A stretch of 64,000 bases of DNA from Terrimicrobiaceae bacterium (GCA_044342325.1 JBIIPZ010000001.1:32001-96000), one strand, 5' to 3'. Positions 29,461 to 39,222 are shown, numbered from the stretch's first letter. Made by a program: numbers and translations. The notes: generated by a model from the letters alone, not told the origin.

Positions 29461-30231
29461 ATGTCATTCCGAGTCGTCACATTTAATATGCAAAACGGCC
29501 AGCCTTGGATAGAGAGCGATCCGTTTCCCACAGTGGTAGATTTGGACGCAGTTGCGACTTTTCTAAAAGGACTGAATGCCGACATCATTTGTCTCCAAGA
29601 GGTCGAGCGTGGCCATGACGGGGGCATGCAGGTCGATCCGCCGCCCCATTACATGCGGTTGAAGGAACTTCTCACCGGATATGATTCGGTCTTTTCCTAT
29701 CCTTTGAAAAATGACACCGAGTTGCCATTTGGTTTGGGCTTGGCCGTTTTCTCGCGCACGAAGTTGACGGATTTTCATAAGACTGATCTCCCAGCGGCGC
29801 AGTTGGAGTTTGTCTTCGAGGGCAAAAAACGCCGCACCTCTTCACGCCTATTGCTTGAGGTTTCCACGATATTGGAAGGGCGCAGATTGAAAATTCTCAA
29901 CACCCATCTTCAGGCTTTTTTTATGATCGGAGATTCGAGTGATGCCCACCCCGAGCAGCGATCCATCGTCGAATCAAGGCTGCGCGCGGTCGGAGGCGAA
30001 CCGCTTATTCTCGCGGGGGATATGAACTCCGCTCCTGGCGAGTCCATCGTGCGCCAATTTGAGAATGCAGGATTCCGCACGGTGCAAAATGAGGAAGTTA
30101 CTTGGCGCCGAATGCCATTTGTGACGGATCACTTATTTTTCAATGCCCCGCTGCGCCCCGTTTCTCAGTGGGTTGAGAAGACGGACGTTTCGGATCATCA
30201 CGCCGTGGTGGCCGATTTTGAGTTTATCTAA
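29461..30231 (+). CDS. Endonuclease/exonuclease/phosphatase family protein
   Basis: VVTFNM, DIICLQEV, NTHL, ILAGDMN, DHLF, SDHHAV. Confidence 0.9.
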   Translation: MSFRVVTFNMQNGQPWIESDPFPTVVDLDAVATFLKGLNADIICLQEVERGHDGGMQVDPPPHYMRLKELLTGYDSVFSYPLKNDTELPFGLGLAVFSRTKLTDFHKTDLPAAQLEFVFEGKKRRTSSRLLLEVSTILEGRRLKILNTHLQAFFMIGDSSDAHPEQRSIVESRLRAVGGEPLILAGDMNSAPGESIVRQFENAGFRTVQNEEVTWRRMPFVTDHLFFNAPLRPVSQWVEKTDVSDHHAVVADFEFI

Positions 30232-30267
30232 ATCCCGCCTCCTCGGATAGGCTCGCTGCTTGGCGCT

Positions 30268-30792
30268 CTAAGCCTCCTTGTAGTGGAGGCTCAGCACTCG
30301 CAGGGCATTCGGGTCTTTTTCGGCCGTGAAGAGATAGAGTCGGAGAGCGATGCTTCCTTGCATCCATTGGTAGCCTACGAGTGTCTGCAGCACATCGCCT
30401 TCGCGGTTGCGTGAGCGGGTGAGCAGGCGCCCGATGCCGTATTTGGAATCCACATTGCGTCGCACCTCCTCAAAGAAGAGATCGTATCTCGGCGAGTCCC
30501 ACGAACTATCTCCAAAGTGGAGCTCGATTTCGTTCAGCATATCGTTCCGGAAATAAAACAAGGCGCGCTGAAGTTGCTTCTGCGGGATGCCCTCCACCAC
30601 ATAGACCGTCCGACCCTCCACGACTTTGCGCTCTGTGATTTTTGCTTTGATCCCCACCAGGCTTTGCTCCACACGGGCAGGGGACTCACCCCACTGGAAG
30701 TTGAACGGCACGCGCATTTGCTGCTGGGCAAACCCGAGCGGGGAAAAACAAATCGCCGCCAGCAGAATTAGGATGCATCTCGAAAGTCTCAT
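30268..30792 (-). CDS. Hypothetical exported protein
   Basis: Signal peptide; coherent 174-aa ORF. Confidence 0.7.
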   Translation of the reverse strand: MRLSRCILILLAAICFSPLGFAQQQMRVPFNFQWGESPARVEQSLVGIKAKITERKVVEGRTVYVVEGIPQKQLQRALFYFRNDMLNEIELHFGDSSWDSPRYDLFFEEVRRNVDSKYGIGRLLTRSRNREGDVLQTLVGYQWMQGSIALRLYLFTAEKDPNALRVLSLHYKEA

Positions 30793-31009
30793 CTCCCCTC
30801 AACTTCCCGATTACCGGGGCCGCCGTCAACCATCTCGAAAAAAATACTCTCAAATACTATTTGCCAAGCTCTGAAAAAAGGCGAATAAGGACATTGCAGA
30901 TTTGATCAGGATTTGGTGGACATCCCGGAGAGAAAACTCCCCGGGCAGTTTGAAACCCGGCAGTCGGGAACAGGCCTCGATCTCTAATGCGTTAAATATA
31001 GTAAATACC

Positions 31010-31411
31010 ATGGGTAATAAACTCTACGTCGGCAACCTGTCCTTCAACACGACAGAGATCGCCATTCAGGACCTGTTCTCGCAGTGCGGTGCGGTTTCCG
31101 AAGTCATGCTAATGCAAGATAAATTCACCGGCCGCTCCCGCGGATTCGCCTTCGTTACGATGGCATCCGATTCCGATGCTCAAACAGCCGTTGAGCAACT
31201 CCACGGCAAAGACCTCGATGGCCGTGCCCTCACAGTCAACGAAGCCCGTCCCCGCGAAGACCGTCCTCCAGGCGGCGGCGGTGGTGGTGGCGGACGCTTT
31301 GATGGCCCTCGCCGCGACTTCCGTGGCGGTGGCGGCGGCGGTGGTCGTGATGACCGCCGTGGCGGTGGCGGTGGTGGCGGCGGTGGACGCCGCGACTTCG
31401 GTCGTCGTTAA
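31010..31411 (+). CDS. RRM RNA-binding protein with Gly/Arg-rich tail
   Basis: KLYVGNLSF (RNP2), RGFAFVTM (RNP1), LTVNEARP, poly-Gly tail. Confidence 0.95.
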   Translation: MGNKLYVGNLSFNTTEIAIQDLFSQCGAVSEVMLMQDKFTGRSRGFAFVTMASDSDAQTAVEQLHGKDLDGRALTVNEARPREDRPPGGGGGGGGRFDGPRRDFRGGGGGGGRDDRRGGGGGGGGGRRDFGRR

Positions 31412-31430
31412 TAGCATTCGCTAACTCTTC

Positions 31431-31471
31431 AAACGGGCATCGTGCTGAAAAGCCGGTGCCCGTTTTTTTTT
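31431..31471 (+). terminator. Intrinsic terminator after the RRM gene
   Basis: aaacgggcatcg...cggtgcccgttttttttt. Confidence 0.85.
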
Positions 31472-31536
31472 GTATCTTCCCCACTCAAGAAGGCGTTCCT
31501 CCGTCGAAGTCTGATCAATTCTGACTCAAGGGCCGA

Positions 31537-31568
31537 CCAAAAATTTGGACGATCGTCCAAATTTTTGG
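31537..31568. repeat. Perfect 32-bp palindrome
   Basis: ccaaaaatttggacga|tcgtccaaatttttgg, no loop. Confidence 0.9.
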
Positions 31569-31619
31569 GTTAAATGTAGCGCAGTTGACTTGGGCGGAAG
31601 ATTGAACTTCGGCGGGGAG

Positions 31620-32639
31620 TCAGGGCTGTAGCGGGCCCTCGGCGTGGAGAGGCTCGGCAGGAGTGAGGGGATGGAGCTTGGGTGTGACCTTGATGCTCAT
31701 CTGCTGGCCATCGCGGGTTATTTTGACATCCGCCGCTTCTCCGGCCGTGAGGAAGTAGGAGGCGTCGATGACATCTTCGCTGCTTGCCACGGGTGTGGCA
31801 CCGATGGCGTTGACCATGTCTCCTGATTTGAGGCCCTGCTCGGCTGCGTTGGCGAGAGGGTTCAGTGCGGTGATTTTTGCTGTCGAGCCATTGACGGGCT
31901 CCGGGGCGTCTTCGACTTCCACGCCCACCCAGCCGTGGCGGAGTTCTCCGTAGCGGGCCATGTCGTGGCGGATTTTTTCAGCGGCTCGGATTGGAAGGAT
32001 ATGGCAGGAACCGCTGTCATTGATGCGGGCCACGAGGATGCCGATGACTTCGCCATTCAAATTCAAAACAGGCGCGCCGCCCTCACCGCGATTCACAGCC
32101 ATGTTGGCGCGGATGTGGGTGGTGGAAAAATACTGGCCCATGTGCTGGCGGTCGTGGCCGGCGATCATTCCGAAGCTGGCGCTGGAATTCCGATCCTCTG
32201 GGAATCCAATCGTAATCACAGGCATCGCAACCTTAGCATTTTCGGAATTGCCGATTCGTATAAACGGGCTGATGCATTCCGTCTTGAGGATGGCGATGCC
32301 GCTGCGCTCGTCGGTGGTCACCACGCGGGCTGGCAGGGAGTTTCCATTGAAGGTCACGCTGACATCCTCCGCATTTAAAACGACTCCGGCGTGCGTGTAG
32401 ATCATGCCGGTGGGGTCGATGAAAAAACCACTGCCAAGGCGCACGCCAAGTGAGTCGCTGGCCTGCACACGCACAACAGACCTCTGGTTTTCATCAAAAA
32501 TTTTCTGAATCTGGCAGGTGATACTTTCCGCCAAATCTGGCCCTGCCGCACGGGCGCGGGGTAGCGTCAATGCAAACAAGGATGCCGCCGTCAAAACGGC
32601 CGCGCGCCTGGACAAACTAAAAGCTGCGTGCGGAAGCAT
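31620..32639 (-). CDS. HtrA/S1C-like trypsin-fold protein with PDZ domain
   Basis: LGSGFFID, YTHAGVV, GWVGVEV PDZ; the nucleophile motif reads NRGEGGAP rather than NPGNSGGP. Confidence 0.75.
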   Translation of the reverse strand: MLPHAAFSLSRRAAVLTAASLFALTLPRARAAGPDLAESITCQIQKIFDENQRSVVRVQASDSLGVRLGSGFFIDPTGMIYTHAGVVLNAEDVSVTFNGNSLPARVVTTDERSGIAILKTECISPFIRIGNSENAKVAMPVITIGFPEDRNSSASFGMIAGHDRQHMGQYFSTTHIRANMAVNRGEGGAPVLNLNGEVIGILVARINDSGSCHILPIRAAEKIRHDMARYGELRHGWVGVEVEDAPEPVNGSTAKITALNPLANAAEQGLKSGDMVNAIGATPVASSEDVIDASYFLTAGEAADVKITRDGQQMSIKVTPKLHPLTPAEPLHAEGPLQP

Positions 32640-33021
32640 AGCTGACCGGTCTCGCAGGAAGGACATATTGCACAGCCGAACCGTTCTTACCCTTCGCGGG
32701 GCGTGCCTTGGAATCCAGTTGCACCGCGCCGGATGAGGCCAGCGTGAGGTTTGAAGGCGTGTCGTCATCCGCCCAGTTCATAACAAAAACCGCAGCAAAG
32801 ACGGCTGCGGCGAAGGAAGTGGCCATGACAAGCTTTGGGACCGGCGGCATGACAAACATGGAGCAAACACGATCCCAAGCGATATGGAGAAGCGGACGGT
32901 GTATCACCTCAGCTCTCTGACGGGCTTGGAACTCAGCCAGGAAGCTTTCGAAGTATTCCTCCGGGGGTTGTTCGTAGCGTTTTAGTCGGAGAAGCTTTGT
33001 AATACTGTCTTCGTTATCCAT
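32617..33021 (-). CDS. Putative anti-sigma factor (single TM)
   Basis: Directly downstream of an ECF sigma; LLRLKRYEQPP N-domain plus TM helix. Confidence 0.6.
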   Translation of the reverse strand: MDNEDSITKLLRLKRYEQPPEEYFESFLAEFQARQRAEVIHRPLLHIAWDRVCSMFVMPPVPKLVMATSFAAAVFAAVFVMNWADDDTPSNLTLASSGAVQLDSKARPAKGKNGSAVQYVLPARPVSYASARSF

Positions 33022-33029
33022 ACGGCTTG

Positions 33030-33614
33030 TTACTTATTAATAAACTCCTGAAGGTAATTTTGCAACTGTCGGTGGGCATAAAAGAGGCGTGAGCGCACCG
33101 TGCCCTCCGAAATCTTGAGAACTTTGGAAATCTCTGCGTGTGGCATGCCTTGGATATCAAACATAGTAACGACTGCTCTATGGTCATGTGACAGCTTGAG
33201 CATGGATTCGTTCAGTTTTTTTTGAAGTTCGCTAAGATTTGCTTCGCGGCTGGGGTCGCCATTGCTCGTGGCTTCGATAAAGTCCGGGTCATTGAGGATG
33301 CCGTTGTCCACATCATCAAGGCTCATGGTTTTCCTGCGGTTCCGTTTCTTGAGGAAGTTGATCGCCATGTGCACGGCGATGGTATGCATCCAAGTGTAGA
33401 AAGAGGATTTGCCCTGGAAGCCTTTGATGGAGCGGTAGGCTTTTGAGAAAATATCCTGAAGCAGATCGTTCGTGTCCTCATGGCTCGAAGTCATGTGGTA
33501 GACAAGTCCGTAAAGCCGTGGGCTGAACCTCACGACCAACTCGTCAAACGCACGAGCATCCCCCGCTTGGGTGCGGCGGACGAGTTCGTCATCTGGTGGC
33601 TCGAGCGTTTCCAT
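33030..33614 (-). CDS. ECF sigma-70 factor (RpoE-like)
   Basis: DLLQDIFSKAY, SSFYTWMHTIA, EISKVLKISEGTVRSRLFYA. Confidence 0.92.
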   Translation of the reverse strand: METLEPPDDELVRRTQAGDARAFDELVVRFSPRLYGLVYHMTSSHEDTNDLLQDIFSKAYRSIKGFQGKSSFYTWMHTIAVHMAINFLKKRNRRKTMSLDDVDNGILNDPDFIEATSNGDPSREANLSELQKKLNESMLKLSHDHRAVVTMFDIQGMPHAEISKVLKISEGTVRSRLFYAHRQLQNYLQEFINK

Positions 33615-35190
33615 TTTCAGGCAAGCCCGCACACTTACCAAAATCCTCAGTCTTTGCGGAGAAAAATCGTCCCGTCCGCTCGGGTTGGGGCTGCGATGAG
33701 GTTCCGGTGCGCCAGCCTTCCTGGAGTTCGAGTTTCAGCCAGAGCCAGAGTCCATCGAACGCGGTGCGGAAGAGTTGCCCCAAGCGGAAATTGAATCCTC
33801 CCACCAGATCCCTTTGGCCCTCGTTATGCAGGCCGAAGACTCCGCGCTCGCGGCGATTTCTTCCCATGGCGGCGAGGCGGCGGTTGTAGAAACGCATGAA
33901 CCGGAAAAATGGGCCCGCTTCTTTTGGGGAGAACGGCGGCTTGAGAATCGCCTTCGGGCCGTCTTTGTAGAGAAACCGGACGATGTAGAGATAATAGGTC
34001 ACGATATCGAGGCGGAAGGCGACGCGCATGAGGTCGAGGTCGCCGAGGTAATCGTATTTGTCCTGATAGAGTGCGCCGAACATTCGCTGGTAGCTGATGC
34101 CGAAATCGCGGTTGTGTTTTTCCACAAGAGGTCCCGGTTTTTCACCATCTAGAGATTTTGCGATGAGTTCGACGGCGGCGGATGCCGTGAACGCGATCCA
34201 GTCCATGCCAGGGCTGTAGAGGGGATCGATGAAGGCTGAGGCATCGCCCACAAGCACAAATCCGTCACCCGCGTGGCGCTCCGACCAATACGGCAGGTTC
34301 CTGCGGAAATGCACATCGCCTTCGACGAACTCCGCATCGCGCATCATCACGCGGGCAGCAGGATGTCTTGAGAGGAATCCGCGCAGTTTTTCGCCGACTG
34401 TGCCTTCCTGTTCACTCCAGTCCACCAAGCGCTGGTCTACAACGGCACCGATGCTCACATCGCCGTTTTTCAATTGAATCCACCAAGCCCACCATCCATC
34501 GCCCGCGAAGTGGTTGGTTGCTGTGCCTCGAATGCCAAAAAATCCCTTCTTACTCGAGTCGCTGCTCATTTCGGAGTCGAGCCCATCCCAGTCGCCCGTA
34601 TTCCTCCAGCGGCTCCAAGCGGCAAGTGTGGGGTGGGCTTCGTTGGTATGGAGCCATCCGTTGGCACGCGCCAACTGGGCTTTCACGCCAGAGGCATCGA
34701 CCACCCAGCGGGCTTTGAGGGTTTTTGTCTCGGAGCCGGATTGCACGCGCAGCTCCTGTATTTCCCCCTCCTCAAGTCGCACATCGAGCACCTGTGCGGG
34801 GCGGAGCAACTCGACACCCGCGCCGATCGCGCGGCGCAGAATCTCTTCGTCGAGTTCAGAGCGATCGATTAGGAAGGCGGGAACGGTCGAGAGGTATTTT
34901 CCCCCGAGCTCCGAGCAGTCGGAGGGGGAGCCTTCGGGGTTCTTCGAAAACCAGAACCGCAGACCGTTTTTGGGAATCTGAGTTCGGACGAGATAATTCG
35001 TCAGGCCGAGCATGCGGGTGAGAAAAAATCCGCTGACCTCGGTAGTGGCCTCGCCGACTCGGCGCTTGAAGGCGGTGTTTTTTTCAACCACGAGAATGCG
35101 GAGGGCCGGGTTGCGCCGCTTCAAAAGAAATGCGGTCGAGGCTCCGGACAAGGCGCCGCCTATGACGATCACGTCAAATTGATCCCGCAT
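33589..35190 (-). CDS. FAD-dependent oxidoreductase, flavin-dependent halogenase-like
   Basis: IGGALSG, RRVGEAT, VVDASG, WWAWWIQL (WxWxIP-like), GDASAFIDPLYSPG. Confidence 0.82.
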   Translation of the reverse strand: MRDQFDVIVIGGALSGASTAFLLKRRNPALRILVVEKNTAFKRRVGEATTEVSGFFLTRMLGLTNYLVRTQIPKNGLRFWFSKNPEGSPSDCSELGGKYLSTVPAFLIDRSELDEEILRRAIGAGVELLRPAQVLDVRLEEGEIQELRVQSGSETKTLKARWVVDASGVKAQLARANGWLHTNEAHPTLAAWSRWRNTGDWDGLDSEMSSDSSKKGFFGIRGTATNHFAGDGWWAWWIQLKNGDVSIGAVVDQRLVDWSEQEGTVGEKLRGFLSRHPAARVMMRDAEFVEGDVHFRRNLPYWSERHAGDGFVLVGDASAFIDPLYSPGMDWIAFTASAAVELIAKSLDGEKPGPLVEKHNRDFGISYQRMFGALYQDKYDYLGDLDLMRVAFRLDIVTYYLYIVRFLYKDGPKAILKPPFSPKEAGPFFRFMRFYNRRLAAMGRNRRERGVFGLHNEGQRDLVGGFNFRLGQLFRTAFDGLWLWLKLELQEGWRTGTSSQPQPERTGRFFSAKTEDFGKCAGLPENGNARATR

Positions 35191-35310
35191 ATCAGGGTCC
35201 GTGTCCATGGCGGTCAAAAATACGCCTGCGTCTGGTATTTAGCAAAGCTTCATCGAGGAGGTGGACGATTTTCCGCAAACGAGCTAAATTCACAGTGACC
35301 TCAATAATTC

Positions 35311-35841
35311 ATGCCGATCTACGAATTCCACTCACCCGATACGAACAAGATTTATTCGTTTTTCGCCCGCAGTCTTTCCTACGCGAGCAAGGTTCCCAAA
35401 TGCCCGGACGATCCGAATGCGCGGATGGAGCGTTTGATTTCGAAGTTCGCCTTCACCGGCCGGGCGAAGGAAAAGTCGGAGACGCCTGCGGGGGATGACA
35501 TGGATCCGCGGATGGAGCGTGTGATGGCCGAGATGGAACGCGACATGGCGGGCATGGATGAGAACAATCCCGATCCCCGCGCGCTGGGCCGAATGATGCG
35601 CAAGATGACTGAGGCAACGGGACAAAAAATGCCTGGCGAGATGGAGCAAATGATCCGCCGCCTCGAGTCTGGTGAGGATCCCGAGAAGCTCGAGGAGGAA
35701 TTTGGTGATGCTTTTGAGGGAATGGATTTTCCCGGCATGGAAGGTGGCGATGGCGAAGAGGCATCTGGCGGCGGCGTGAAAGCCCGCACTCGCCCGGCGG
35801 AGCGTGATCCCGCGCTCTACGAGTTTTCTGACTACCTTTGA
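35311..35841 (+). CDS. FmdB-type zinc-ribbon-like protein with acidic Met-rich C-domain
   Basis: MPIYEF start, CP...MERLIS; most Cys ligands absent. Confidence 0.7.
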   Translation: MPIYEFHSPDTNKIYSFFARSLSYASKVPKCPDDPNARMERLISKFAFTGRAKEKSETPAGDDMDPRMERVMAEMERDMAGMDENNPDPRALGRMMRKMTEATGQKMPGEMEQMIRRLESGEDPEKLEEEFGDAFEGMDFPGMEGGDGEEASGGGVKARTRPAERDPALYEFSDYL

Positions 35842-36836
35842 GGGGCACTCAAAACAGCTGAGGCGGCGAGTTTGGCTGCCTCGATGGCGTCTTTTGGAGT
35901 GAAAGATTTTTCCGCTAAGGGAGGCGTTGTGAGGTTTTGCGTGCGAATTTCGCCGCCTTGCCAGATCCAGGCTTTTTCGGAAAACGGACCAACGCGACGG
36001 GGATCGCTCCAAGTGTGGATCGATAGTAGGGGAGTCCCGAGTGCGGCGGCTAGGTGCATAGGGCCGCTATCCACGCTCACAACGAAGCTTGCCCGCCGGA
36101 GGATGTCGGTGAGTTCCGCGAGCGTTGTGCGGTTGAGGAGATTCAGAAAACCCGCATCGTTCTCACGGGAGTAGTCGCCCGCGCCGACCAGCACGCAGAG
36201 CGCATTTGAGTGTGTGCGAAAGGTGGCAAGAAAGGCATCGAGGCACTCGTTGTTGAGGGACTTCCCTGCTCCGCGTGAGAAGGGATGAATCACCACGAAG
36301 GGCATGTTTTCAGGGATGGCGCTGCAGGTCTTGTCGGCTGGAAGAATCCACTCGGGCTTTTCTGGAATCGCAATTCCCATCGCTGGGAGGGCGCGCAGGT
36401 AGCGTTGCACGGAGTGCTGGTCTTTTAAAACCGCAACCCGGTCCGTGTAGAAAAATCCTGCCCCCTCGCGGGCGTCCGAGAGTCCCCAGACGCGTTGCGC
36501 ACGGCTGAAGTGCGCCATGAGGCCGCTTCGCAGGAGGCACTGCAAGTCGAGTGCGGCATCCGCTCTCAGTTTGGTGAGACGACGGCACCAAGCGAGGAAT
36601 CGGAGAATGCCCAGAGGCCCCCGAAAATCAGATCTGGGAAAAGGATGCGTCGCGGCGAGTGCGGAATTTTTTTCAAGAAGGGGTTCCCATCGCGGGTCGA
36701 TGATCCAAGTGATGCGTGTTTCCGGCCAGGCGCGGTGAATGGCCGAGGCTACGGGCAGCGCATGGATGACATCGCCCATCGAGCCGGGTTTGATGAAGAG
36801 AAGATTCTCAGGCCTTTGATGGGAAGTTTTGCTCAC
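35832..36836 (-). CDS. Glycosyltransferase family 9 (LPS heptosyltransferase-like)
   Basis: IKPGSMGDVIHALP, DLQCLLRS, SVDSGPMHLAAALG. Confidence 0.9.
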   Translation of the reverse strand: MSKTSHQRPENLLFIKPGSMGDVIHALPVASAIHRAWPETRITWIIDPRWEPLLEKNSALAATHPFPRSDFRGPLGILRFLAWCRRLTKLRADAALDLQCLLRSGLMAHFSRAQRVWGLSDAREGAGFFYTDRVAVLKDQHSVQRYLRALPAMGIAIPEKPEWILPADKTCSAIPENMPFVVIHPFSRGAGKSLNNECLDAFLATFRTHSNALCVLVGAGDYSRENDAGFLNLLNRTTLAELTDILRRASFVVSVDSGPMHLAAALGTPLLSIHTWSDPRRVGPFSEKAWIWQGGEIRTQNLTTPPLAEKSFTPKDAIEAAKLAASAVLSAPQR

Positions 36837-36855
36837 AGAATGACCAGAGGAAATA

Positions 36856-37578
36856 TCAGCGGCCTTTCTCGAGGCGGGTGGCGAGTTTCTCAGGCAAGCC
36901 GGCGGCGAGTATGGCGGCTTGGGCGCCGCGAAGGTCGTATTCGATCCGGCGCAATTCGACTTCCTGACGCTCGGTGTCGTAGATGCAATAGGCCGCCCGC
37001 CAGTCTGCATCCCTCGGTTGGCCGACGCTGCCGACATTGATGAGATATTTTTGGCTGCGATCGATCGGGAGGATATCGAGCGGAACGGTGCGGAAATCGC
37101 CTTCCTTCATGTAGGCGACGGGAACATGCGTGTGGCCGATGAAGCAAATGCCAGTTCGCTGGTAGCTGAAATTCGCCGCCGCATCGAGTTCGGTGTTTAC
37201 GTAGCCCCACTTGTGAGGGGTGTCGAGCGTGGCGTGGACGATGGTGAAATCGCGCACCAGGCGTTGCATGCGGAGTTCCCGCAACCATTGCATGTCGGCC
37301 GGATTGAGTTGATTTCGGGTCCAGCCCAAGGCCTCCTCCGCGAGGGGATTCAATCCTTCTTGAAAGAACTCCTTCGAGGCTTGCTCGTCGTGGTTGCCTT
37401 TGACCGTGGGGCAATCGAGTTCGCGGATGATGTCCACGCACTCTTTGGGATAGGCACAGTAGCCTACGATATCTCCCATGCAGACATGGTGCGTGACCTC
37501 CTGCTCAGCAGCATCCGCCAAAACAGCATGGAGCGCATGCAGGTTGGCGTGGATATCTCCGAGGATGGCAAATCTCAT
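36856..37578 (-). CDS. Metallophosphoesterase (YfcE/calcineurin-like)
   Basis: GDIHAN, GDIVGY, GNHD, GHTH, NVGSVGQPRD. Confidence 0.92.
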   Translation of the reverse strand: MRFAILGDIHANLHALHAVLADAAEQEVTHHVCMGDIVGYCAYPKECVDIIRELDCPTVKGNHDEQASKEFFQEGLNPLAEEALGWTRNQLNPADMQWLRELRMQRLVRDFTIVHATLDTPHKWGYVNTELDAAANFSYQRTGICFIGHTHVPVAYMKEGDFRTVPLDILPIDRSQKYLINVGSVGQPRDADWRAAYCIYDTERQEVELRRIEYDLRGAQAAILAAGLPEKLATRLEKGR

Positions 37579-37585
37579 GGGGTCG

Positions 37586-38359
37586 TCAGTGCTCAGAATT
37601 GGGAACGCCGGACAATACGCGGTCGCTCGCGGGAATATCCAGTTTGTTTTCCATTTGCCGCAGGAGGTTTATGAGCGAGGGGAGGCGCTGTTTCTCGCCC
37701 TCCTCGTAGAGCTTCCGCAGGTAGTCGTAGGCCTCGCGTTCGCGTCCGGGACATTTTGCCATTTCGTATCCGGCGAACCGTGCCGCATATTGCGGAGCAT
37801 CGGGAAATTTTGAGGCTTTTAAAAACTGTTCCGCCGCAGCGCAGTGGTCTTCGACTTTATCCCTTAAAAGAACTCCGAGTTGAATGTGCAACTGGGGACG
37901 GTCGGGGTTGTTCAGAATGCCGCGCTCGAGAAAATCCCTGCCGAGTTGAATGTAGGCGCGCTGGGCGCGGATGCGGAGGGCCTCGCTGGGTTGTTTCTCA
38001 TTCTGGAGCGCGGCGACGCTGGCATTCCACGCCATGTGCCAGGCTGCCATGTCCCAGTAGGGCAGGGAGCGGGGCTGGAGGGTGGTGACGGTTTCAAAAA
38101 GCCCGGCCATTCTTCCCCACTCGGTGTTCTCCCATGCCGTATGGGCTTGAATCCAAAGCAGCGCGGCGAGCGGTGAACGGAATCCGCTGAGCGCGGCGAG
38201 GAAGCCGGCCTGTCCGATGCGTTCGCGGAGATTGATGCTCAGCGTCGTCTTTTGAAAATGGGCGGCCTGGGCTTCGCGCTGAAGCATTGATTGGAGCGGT
38301 AGAACGGCGGCTCCAAAAAGGCAAAGCAAGGCAAGGGCCGCGATTTTCCTGCGGTTCAT
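37586..38359 (-). CDS. Hypothetical TPR-like membrane-anchored protein
   Basis: N-terminal TM, AWHMAWN motif, helical repeats; coupled to an ABC permease. Confidence 0.6.
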   Translation of the reverse strand: MNRRKIAALALLCLFGAAVLPLQSMLQREAQAAHFQKTTLSINLRERIGQAGFLAALSGFRSPLAALLWIQAHTAWENTEWGRMAGLFETVTTLQPRSLPYWDMAAWHMAWNASVAALQNEKQPSEALRIRAQRAYIQLGRDFLERGILNNPDRPQLHIQLGVLLRDKVEDHCAAAEQFLKASKFPDAPQYAARFAGYEMAKCPGREREAYDYLRKLYEEGEKQRLPSLINLLRQMENKLDIPASDRVLSGVPNSEH

Positions 38360-39222
38360 AGTTCCCGACTCGAGAAAACCAGCGCCGACAACGCAAAATA
38401 GACGGCAACATACAAGATGCCCAGACCGGCAGTATTCAGAAAAAGAGCAAGCGGCACGGCGGTTCCAGCGATGATGTCATCCGTGAGGTTGAATGCCTGC
38501 AGATCCGGGAAGAGCAGCGCCACGGCGGCTGCGAGAAGGCGGGACCACCATTCCACATCCAAGCCCGAGAGCCAGTATTCCCTCGCAGTGGATTGCAGGT
38601 GGCCGATGAAATAAAGGGCCGCCGCCATCAGGATGGTGAAAATCGACGAGGTCGCGAAGCTGGATATGAAAAGGGTCAGTGAGGCGAGGAGGGCGGATTT
38701 TATGAAAATAATGGCGATGCCTGGCAGGAGGTTGATGTTGAAAGTGGCATCCGTGACCTCTTTCACAGCCAGCGCAATTTCCTCTGGTGAGGCGCCCTCG
38801 AGTTGGGCGCGCGTTTCCGCAAGAACGGTGCTCTCCCGCAGCCAGAGGGTGGCCAAGAAAAGTGCCGACATGAGCAGGGTGGCACAGGCTAGGAGGGTGA
38901 TGATGCCGAGAAGTTTTCCAAGCAGGTAACGGTAACGCGGCACCGGCTTCGCGAGGAGCGTGTAGATCGTGCGGTCCTCCATGTCCTTGGGTAAAAAATT
39001 CGCCGTCGCCAGGATTGCTATGAGTGAGGTGAAGACCGACATCGCTCCGAGTGAAATGTCCTTCAGCATCTGGAACTGCTCCTGAAACGAGAATTTTGCC
39101 ATGAAGGCAGAGTTCCCAATAATCAGAAGGGCAAAAATCAGGAGGAAAAAGAATACCTTCTGGCGGACAAGTTCCGTGAATGTATTTCGTGCAATCGCAA
39201 GAGTGGCACCTGTGCTTTTCAT
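38356..39222 (-). CDS. ABC-2 type transporter permease
   Basis: IARNTFTELVRQK, RTIYTLLAKPV.R..YLLGK. Confidence 0.85.
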   Translation of the reverse strand: MKSTGATLAIARNTFTELVRQKVFFFLLIFALLIIGNSAFMAKFSFQEQFQMLKDISLGAMSVFTSLIAILATANFLPKDMEDRTIYTLLAKPVPRYRYLLGKLLGIITLLACATLLMSALFLATLWLRESTVLAETRAQLEGASPEEIALAVKEVTDATFNINLLPGIAIIFIKSALLASLTLFISSFATSSIFTILMAAALYFIGHLQSTAREYWLSGLDVEWWSRLLAAAVALLFPDLQAFNLTDDIIAGTAVPLALFLNTAGLGILYVAVYFALSALVFSSREL

